Shown: one piece after another, positions 58,102 through 64,000 of the stretch | Layout of the letters: each line of letters begins with the position of its first letter | Numbering within the stretch: position 1 is the first letter of the stretch | Source: an uncultured Methanomassiliicoccales archaeon | GTDB lineage: Archaea; Thermoplasmatota; Thermoplasmata; Methanomassiliicoccales; UBA472 | Length of the DNA: 64,000 nt | Assembly (NCBI GenBank): GCA_963755265.1 | Contig: CAVWKV010000080.1 | Coordinates: 28,096 to 92,095, forward strand | Reading direction: 5' to 3' | Program-made: the position numbers and the translations under genes | The notes under the pieces: generated by a model | Databases searched by the model: none | What the model was told of the DNA's origin: nothing | What the model saw: only the letters and a program-made list of their open reading frames with translations

Positions 58102-58662
58102 GTGAAAACCATTGAAATACGATGGCACGGCAGGGGCGGACAAGGTGTCGTTACAGCGAACGAGATCTTGGCCGGAGCCGCACTGAAGGAGGGCAAGTAC
58201 ATCAAAGCATTCCCGGAGTTTGGTCCGGAGAGGATGGGAGCACCGATAAGGGCCTTCGCCCGTATATCGGACGAGCCCATCGTCGTGCATAGCCAGGTTT
58301 ACTATCCTGATGTGGTTGTAGTGATCGATCCCACTTTGATAGGTCAGATCAATATAATGGACGGACTCAAGCAAGACGGGTCGGTCATCGCAAACTATCC
58401 AGACGGAAAGGACAAGCTCAAGATGAAGATCGGGAGCGGAGCGGACATCCACGCGGTCAACGCCACGAAGATAGCACTGGATGAGCTCGGACGGCCGATG
58501 ACCAACACAGCCATGCTTGGAGCATTGGTCAAGGTATCGGACATAGTCGGTTTGAAGACGGTCACGGAAGAACTCAAGGCGAAATTCGCCGGTAAGTTCA
58601 ATGATGAAGTCATCGCGAAGAACGTGAAGGCCGTAGAGCGAGCGTACAACGAGGTGGACTGA
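58102..58662 (+). CDS. porG: Pyruvate (2-oxoacid):ferredoxin oxidoreductase subunit gamma
   Basis: 186 aa, GTG start. KTIEIRWHGRGGQGVVTANEILA is the canonical gamma N-terminus. Confidence 0.9.
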   Translation: MKTIEIRWHGRGGQGVVTANEILAGAALKEGKYIKAFPEFGPERMGAPIRAFARISDEPIVVHSQVYYPDVVVVIDPTLIGQINIMDGLKQDGSVIANYPDGKDKLKMKIGSGADIHAVNATKIALDELGRPMTNTAMLGALVKVSDIVGLKTVTEELKAKFAGKFNDEVIAKNVKAVERAYNEVD

Positions 58663-58944
58663 ATGGCGGAAAGAGGCTCAAAGGAATTAGAACCCGGCGC
58701 TATGATATGCGAAGCGGGAAATGCCAGGCAGTACCAGACCGGGGATTGGAGGTCGAAAAGGCCAGAGGTGGACAAGGAGAAATGTACCAATTGCCTTTTC
58801 TGCTGGATCTACTGTCCTGACAACAGCATCATAGTCGTGGACGAGAAAATGAAGGGATTTAAGTATACCCATTGCAAGGGCTGCGGCATTTGTGCCAACC
58901 AGTGCCCGGCTAAGGCGATCACCATGAAAGAGGAGGGAGCGTAA
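58663..58944 (+). CDS. porD: Pyruvate:ferredoxin oxidoreductase subunit delta (2x[4Fe-4S])
   Basis: 93 aa. CTNCLFCWIYCP and CKGCGICANQCP. Confidence 0.9.
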   Translation: MAERGSKELEPGAMICEAGNARQYQTGDWRSKRPEVDKEKCTNCLFCWIYCPDNSIIVVDEKMKGFKYTHCKGCGICANQCPAKAITMKEEGA

Positions 58945-60105
58945 ATGGAACCGATAGCGCTGAACGGGGACATGGCCATAGCACATGCGTGGAGACAGAT
59001 CGACCCGGACGTCGTCGCGTCCTATCCGATCACCCCGCAGACAATCATTGTGGAGAACTACTCTGAGTTCGTTGCCAATGGCGAAGTGAACACGGAGTAT
59101 GTATGTGCTGAGTCGGAGCACAGCGCGATGTCCCTTTGCATAGGTGCCTCGGCAGCTGGTGGCAGAGTTGCGACAGCGACTGCCTCGGCTGGACTGGCCT
59201 TCATGTGGGAAGTGCTTTGGATCGCTTCCGCCATGCGGCTTCCGATCTGTATGTCGGTGGCGAACCGCGCGTTGAGCGGACCGATCAACATCCAGTGCGA
59301 CCACAGTGACGCCATGGGCGCCCGTGATACAGGCTGGATCCAGTTATTCGGGGAGAATGTCCAGGAAGCATACGATAACACTGTGATGTCCTTCAAAATC
59401 GCAGAGCACAAGGAGGTCCGGCTGCCCATCATGACCTGTATCGATGGGTTCATCGTCACCCATGCGCTAGAGCGCCTGGAGACATTGGAGAACCAGGTCG
59501 TTAAGGATTTCGTCGGGCCGTACCATGCTGTCAGGCCGCTGCTCGACCTGAAGAATCCGACTACGTATGGGCCGTTCTCACAGACGGACTACTACTTCGA
59601 GCACAAGTACCAGATTATGGAGGCAATGAAGCGTGCCAAGCCTGTCGTCAAACAGGTCCAGAAGGACTATGCCAAGATATCTGGCAGGGAGCACAGCATC
59701 ATTGAGGGATACAAAACCAAGGATGCGGACTACCTCATCATGGCGATGGGATCCACCGCCGGGACGCTGCGCCACGTAGTCGACGAGATGAGAGCGGAAG
59801 GGAAAAAGGTTGGCTCGGTTAAGCTACGCCTTTTCAGGCCTTTCCCCTTTGAAGAGGTCAGGGAGATGCTGGAAGGAAAGAAAGGAGTTGCGATCATGGA
59901 TCGTGCGATCAGCACTGGATCGTCTGGACCGATGTTCCCGGAGGTCCGGACTGCGCTATATGACGCAAAGGACAGCCCCGACATAACGAACTATGTCTAT
60001 GGTCTGGGTGGAAGGGACGTCAAGATCGACGAACTGAAAGGCGTCTACAAGCAGCTCATGACCAAGGACCATGATATGGTCAACTACCTGGGGGTGCGCC
60101 CATGA
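58945..60105 (+). CDS. porA: Pyruvate:ferredoxin oxidoreductase subunit alpha
   Basis: 386 aa. NGDMAIAHAWRQIDPDVVASYPITPQT...ESEHSAMS. Confidence 0.95.
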   Translation: MEPIALNGDMAIAHAWRQIDPDVVASYPITPQTIIVENYSEFVANGEVNTEYVCAESEHSAMSLCIGASAAGGRVATATASAGLAFMWEVLWIASAMRLPICMSVANRALSGPINIQCDHSDAMGARDTGWIQLFGENVQEAYDNTVMSFKIAEHKEVRLPIMTCIDGFIVTHALERLETLENQVVKDFVGPYHAVRPLLDLKNPTTYGPFSQTDYYFEHKYQIMEAMKRAKPVVKQVQKDYAKISGREHSIIEGYKTKDADYLIMAMGSTAGTLRHVVDEMRAEGKKVGSVKLRLFRPFPFEEVREMLEGKKGVAIMDRAISTGSSGPMFPEVRTALYDAKDSPDITNYVYGLGGRDVKIDELKGVYKQLMTKDHDMVNYLGVRP

Positions 60106-61046
60106 GCTTCACCCTGAAGGAACTGACCCATTCGGAGGACCGCCTCACCGAAGGGCACAGACTTTGCGCCGGATGCTCAGAATCCATCGTGGCCAGGCAG
60201 GTCATGATGGCCAGCAAGAAGCCGATCGTCGTGGCGAACGCCACCGGTTGCTTCGAGGTCTCCACAACCATATACCCGTTCACATCATGGAACGTGCCGT
60301 GGATACACAGTGCGTTCGAGAACGCACCGGCATCGATCGGTGGGGTGGAAGCTGCCTACTTGGCACTGAAGAGGAAGGGACAGATCACCGAGAACATCAA
60401 CTTCCTTGCCTTCGGCGGTGACGGTGCCACATACGATATCGGATTCCAGTCACTGTCCGGCGCGATAGAGAGGGGCCATCGGTTCCTGTATGTCTGCCTG
60501 AACAACGAGGCCTACATGAACACCGGCATCCAGAGATCGGGGGCGACCGGAAAGGGAGCGCAGACCACCACCTGTCCATCAGGAACATGCGCATCGGGAA
60601 AGAAGGAGTTCCCCAAAGATTTGACACGGATCATAATAGCCCATGACCTACCCTATGCAGCCCAGGCATCCCCTCACAATTGGAGAGATCTGATGGAGAA
60701 GGCAGAGAAGGGAATGGAATGCGGAGGACCTGCGTTCCTGAATGTCGTAACCCCATGCCCTCGCGGCTGGAGATTCGACCCGGCTCTGACCATCGAAATA
60801 TCACGGCTGGCAGTTGAGACATGCATTTGGCCCTTATATGAGTTCGAAAAGGGAAAGTGGAGCCTGACCGCCGAGAGCAAGAGGATCGCCGAGGGCAAAA
60901 AAGAGAAGCGCCCGGTCATGGACTGGATCAAATCCCAGGGACGCTTCAGCCACCTGCTGAAGGATAAATGGTCTCCGATCGTGAGCGAGATCCAGGCCAA
61001 CGTGGATAAAAAATGGGAAGAACTCATCAAGCTGAGTCAGATGTGA
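60102..61046 (+). CDS. porB: Pyruvate:ferredoxin oxidoreductase subunit beta (TPP-binding)
   Basis: 314 aa. CAGCSESI, FGGDGATYDIGFQSLSGA, LNNEAYMNTGIQRS. Confidence 0.95.
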   Translation: MSFTLKELTHSEDRLTEGHRLCAGCSESIVARQVMMASKKPIVVANATGCFEVSTTIYPFTSWNVPWIHSAFENAPASIGGVEAAYLALKRKGQITENINFLAFGGDGATYDIGFQSLSGAIERGHRFLYVCLNNEAYMNTGIQRSGATGKGAQTTTCPSGTCASGKKEFPKDLTRIIIAHDLPYAAQASPHNWRDLMEKAEKGMECGGPAFLNVVTPCPRGWRFDPALTIEISRLAVETCIWPLYEFEKGKWSLTAESKRIAEGKKEKRPVMDWIKSQGRFSHLLKDKWSPIVSEIQANVDKKWEELIKLSQM

Positions 61047-61128
61047 TCGGGCTCAACTATCAAACTCCTTAACGTCTTATTTTTTAATGCCCACTAAATT
61101 AAAACGTTAATCTGGATGGTCTTGCGGC

Positions 61129-61836
61129 CTACCCTGATTCATCAAGGACGGAATCCATCCCTTGAAAGGCCTTCTCGATCGCCTCGTGGTCTTTCTTGGT
61201 GAGGAACCTGCCCGTGTTCGGCATAGTAGGTGTATCGATATGGACGATCTTGGGATCGAGTTCCCTGATCGTCGCCGCGATCTCGTTCACTTCGGCTATG
61301 TTCTGACCGACCAAGGTCGTCTTTATGTGGAAATCGCCCTTGAACGTCTTCCTCACTTTCTTGGCCCCAGAGATCACATCATCCAGATGGATCGTCCCGC
61401 AAGGCCGGTTCACCTTCTGGAAGGTCGGTTCCGTGGCTGCGTCGATCTTTGCTATAATGATGTCGAATTTGAGTATCTCTGCCAGGGCATCATCTTGATT
61501 CAACAACGTGCAGTTAGTAACTACGGACATGTTCTTGTCAGTCAGTTTACGTAGTGCACCAACAATGTCCCCCAGGTTCTCGGCGAGCAGAGGCTCACCG
61601 GTCCCTCGAAAGGTTATATGGTCGACTTTGTTGTCAGAGATCTGTTCCATGAAATCATTTACCAGGTCTTGCTCGGCCACGAACTTGCTCCTTTTCGAGA
61701 CCATCATGCCGCCCCTGCCCAATCTGCAATAGGTGCAATTGAAGTTGCATACCTTCGGCCCCCTGCAGATGGGATCCACTCCTAGGCTGCATCCTGACTC
61801 GCTCGATTTCAAGCCATATACTGATCTCATTCGCAT
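61129..61836 (-). CDS. Radical SAM protein
   Basis: ORF 61129..61977; probable start MRMRSVYG at 61836. CNFNCTYC is the CxxxCxxC SAM cluster; FRGTGEPLL. Confidence 0.75.
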   Translation of the reverse strand: MRMRSVYGLKSSESGCSLGVDPICRGPKVCNFNCTYCRLGRGGMMVSKRSKFVAEQDLVNDFMEQISDNKVDHITFRGTGEPLLAENLGDIVGALRKLTDKNMSVVTNCTLLNQDDALAEILKFDIIIAKIDAATEPTFQKVNRPCGTIHLDDVISGAKKVRKTFKGDFHIKTTLVGQNIAEVNEIAATIRELDPKIVHIDTPTMPNTGRFLTKKDHEAIEKAFQGMDSVLDESG

Positions 61837-62059
61837 TACCTTCCATCTAGGGCTATCCGCCTTACTGACCATCACAGGACGGTGAACCCTATTACCACGC
61901 CGAACAATAACCCGCCTGTACCATGTTTGACTAGGATCTCTTGTTCGAACTCGGAAAATGCAATTGCTGCCAATCAAACTTAAAGGTTTCGTGGTTATTT
62001 AATGTGAAAAGTTGGAAATGACCGCTACCTGAGCGTATCGGAATGCAACAACAGATTAT

Positions 62060-62278
62060 CTAGGATTGAGCGGCCAACATCTCTTCCCATATCTTGATGG
62101 TCTCTTCGGCCTCTTCCCGATCTACAACTTGAATGGCGAAACCGGCATGAATGATGACGTACTCGCCTATACCAGCCTTGACTAGGGATACGTTCACTTT
62201 TCTGGTGACCCCGCCGAAATCGACATCGGCGTCCTTACCTTCAATACTGAGAATCTTACCTGGGACTGCTAGGCACAT
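62060..62278 (-). CDS. hypC: Hydrogenase maturation chaperone HypC/HupF
   Basis: 72 aa. The MCLAVPGKI N-terminus is diagnostic. Confidence 0.9.
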   Translation of the reverse strand: MCLAVPGKILSIEGKDADVDFGGVTRKVNVSLVKAGIGEYVIIHAGFAIQVVDREEAEETIKIWEEMLAAQS

Positions 62279-62284
62279 TGTAAT

Positions 62285-62671
62285 TCACCCTGCCATGATC
62301 TTCAGGATCGCTTCCGCAGGCTGACCTTCCGTGGCCTTGAGAGCTTCCATTGCCTTCTCCCTTGAGGCACCAGTCTGCTCCATCACCAAGGTGATGTCTT
62401 CCTCTGGCAGACCCGTTTCGACCGGAGCCGGGGACACTGGTTTCGCGGTTGCGGCGGAACGTGGCCTCACTTCGGGCTCTCCGACGATCTGGAACGTCTT
62501 CTGGCCTTGGACGGTCATGATTGTGACCTCGGCCCCTTTGAAGACGTATTCTTTTGACTTGGTCAGGATGGTTATTTCCTGAACGTCATTTAGCTCTTCA
62601 GTGCTTATGCCCATCTTACGCATAGCCTGCTTCATCTGTCGCGGGTTGACCCTGCCCATTCCTGGCATCAT
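62285..62671 (-). CDS. nac: Nascent polypeptide-associated complex protein (NAC + UBA)
   Basis: 128 aa. NPRQMKQAMRKMGI..., a NAC beta-barrel and a C-terminal UBA-like ASREKAMEALKATEGQPAEAILKI. Confidence 0.9.
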   Translation of the reverse strand: MMPGMGRVNPRQMKQAMRKMGISTEELNDVQEITILTKSKEYVFKGAEVTIMTVQGQKTFQIVGEPEVRPRSAATAKPVSPAPVETGLPEEDITLVMEQTGASREKAMEALKATEGQPAEAILKIMAG

Positions 62672-62786
62672 GGACGTCCTGTGAGTGATTATGTAGCGTA
62701 TATAAAATCCTTACAAAGATGCTTCGGCCTTTACCGTTCGCTCCGTTCCGCTTAATGAATGATGGAAACGAGCGAAGTGTAAGGGT

Positions 62787-63971
62787 TTAATTTCTGCTTG
62801 TGCTCGCTTTTTTAACCGCCTCAGCGACCAGCCGGTTCCCTTCGCCCCGCGCATTGGCGCCGCCTATGGCAAACGTTTTACTGCCCCCACCCCTTCCAGA
62901 GACCGATCTTAGGACTTCGTTCAATAGCGTTGCGCAATCAATCCCCAGATCAGGGTTGGCGGCTACGATCAATGTCAGCTTTTCGTCCTCTGTGGCGAAC
63001 GCGCACATGGATGAGCTCTTCTCTATGATGGAATTCGCCGCGTCCATTAACAATTTCCGGTCGATTCCTTCGAAGACCCCGCTATAGACCCTCATATCAC
63101 CGATAATCGACGGTTCAATGTGTGCGATGGCATCTTTCGCATACGTGCGTAGGGAGTCTTTTGCCCTTATGAGTTCATCCTTCTGATTTGTCAACGAACT
63201 AAGCAATGTGCTGGTGGTTGCTCCCAGAATAGAAGAGGCCTGCAGGGCCAGCGTGGAGAGTTCCGACCCTTTCTCCACGGCCTGTTGGCCCACCTCGAAC
63301 TCTATCTCGAAGTCCCCTGATGGCTTAGCCGAAGTGAACTTTGTGACTAAGAGCATGCCGATCTCCTTCGTGTTCTTAACGTGTATTCCAGCGCATGCCG
63401 CCATGTCGAAATCGCCGAATTTGACGATACGGACCCTATCCCCGTGGATCCTGTCGAGCTTGACGCGAGCCTTCTCCAGAAGAGGGCTGTCCTTTCCGAC
63501 GATGATGTCCTCACTCTCGACCGCGCTCCCGATAACATCATTGACCGTTCTCTGGCATTCCGCGATAATCGTCCAGTCGATCTTCCCGCGAACCATTACC
63601 ATCTTCTTTTCGGGGGTGATTGAGATCTTGACCAGCTCTAGATCGGCGACCCTTTTCTGGATGGAACCGAACAATAGGTGCTCCCCGGAGTGCCCCTTCA
63701 TCAGATCGTAACGGCGAGGCCAATCGACTGTCCCTTTCACCGACTGTCCATTGTAAAACTTATGTCCCGGAACACGGTGCTTTATGACATCCTTCTCCGC
63801 TTTAACCTCAACCACGCCGAGACCGTCCAAAGTCCCGATGTCTGGATCCTGACCCCCACCCCCGGGGTAGAAGCAGGTCTTGTCCAAAATGATCCAATCA
63901 CCATCAACTCTCTCCACGATAGCTTCGAACTCAGACTGGTAAGGCATGTTTCCATATAGACGGACGGTCAT
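62787..63971 (-). CDS. alaX: Alanyl-tRNA editing protein AlaX (long form with DHHA1-like C-terminus)
   Basis: ORF 62787..63986 (TTG); ATG 63971 gives MTVRLYGNMPYQSEFEA. FYPGGGGQDPD, HSGEHLL, CAGIHV and a C-terminal GRGGGSKTFAIGG. Confidence 0.8.
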   Translation of the reverse strand: MTVRLYGNMPYQSEFEAIVERVDGDWIILDKTCFYPGGGGQDPDIGTLDGLGVVEVKAEKDVIKHRVPGHKFYNGQSVKGTVDWPRRYDLMKGHSGEHLLFGSIQKRVADLELVKISITPEKKMVMVRGKIDWTIIAECQRTVNDVIGSAVESEDIIVGKDSPLLEKARVKLDRIHGDRVRIVKFGDFDMAACAGIHVKNTKEIGMLLVTKFTSAKPSGDFEIEFEVGQQAVEKGSELSTLALQASSILGATTSTLLSSLTNQKDELIRAKDSLRTYAKDAIAHIEPSIIGDMRVYSGVFEGIDRKLLMDAANSIIEKSSSMCAFATEDEKLTLIVAANPDLGIDCATLLNEVLRSVSGRGGGSKTFAIGGANARGEGNRLVAEAVKKASTSRN

Positions 63972-64000
63972 CTCAATGAAATACAAACTCCGATTGATAA

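Noticed and set aside
1-64000. CRISPR arrays, rRNA genes, toxin-antitoxin pairs, restriction-modification or other known defence modules.
   Set aside because: No spaced direct-repeat array, rRNA-like segment or characteristic defence-gene motif was seen on either strand. The only RNA gene I can support is tRNA-Asp.

Overview
Archaeal chromosomal window with euryarchaeal/Thermoplasmatota-like gene content; the taxon cannot be fixed from sequence alone. It is densely coding on both strands (about 65 genes), and coding regions are visibly more GC-rich than the AT-rich spacers. Left third: a presenilin-like protease, three calcineurin-type phosphoesterases, rps8e, SRP19 and Nnr, then a minus-strand energy operon hdrA-mvhD-mvhG-mvhA whose HdrA is double-length (two fused, complementary HdrA modules). 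Middle: a multi-zinc-finger protein plus ftsZ, RNase P Pop5, and the conserved archaeal exosome superoperon (psmA-SBDS-rrp4-rrp41-rrp42-rpl37ae-rpoP-pcc1-pfdB). These are followed by a DHH phosphoesterase, tyrS, glnA, a small membrane protein coupled to two geranylgeranyl-reductase paralogues, a Nox/CoADR-type flavoprotein, and a complete euryarchaeal-type archaellum operon (flaB, flaC/D/E-like, F, G, H, I, J). The only clearly accessory stretch is about 35.5-39.4 kb. It holds a decayed DDE transposase, a very AT-rich spacer, and three lower-GC genes: two surface proteins rich in N-glycosylation sequons flanking a membrane-tethered RHH-like protein. Right third: ppa, a CPA2 antiporter, Sec61beta, class I lysK, top6A/B, a DRG GTPase, hisS, dodecin, RNase HI, bacterial-type panD, HDAC/AcuC, tRNA-Asp(GUC), a CBS-ParB fusion, ppsA divergent from porGDAB, a radical SAM protein, hypC, NAC and AlaX. 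No rRNA, CRISPR array, recognisable defence system or intact mobile element was seen. Several conserved genes carry small lesions: a 1-nt shift in hdrA, a TA insertion in nox, ACG where rpoP should have AUG, and a multi-lesion DUF1801 relic. Either the assembly has indel errors or real gene decay is occurring. All calls rest on reading the supplied translations and my own manual translations; no database search was possible.
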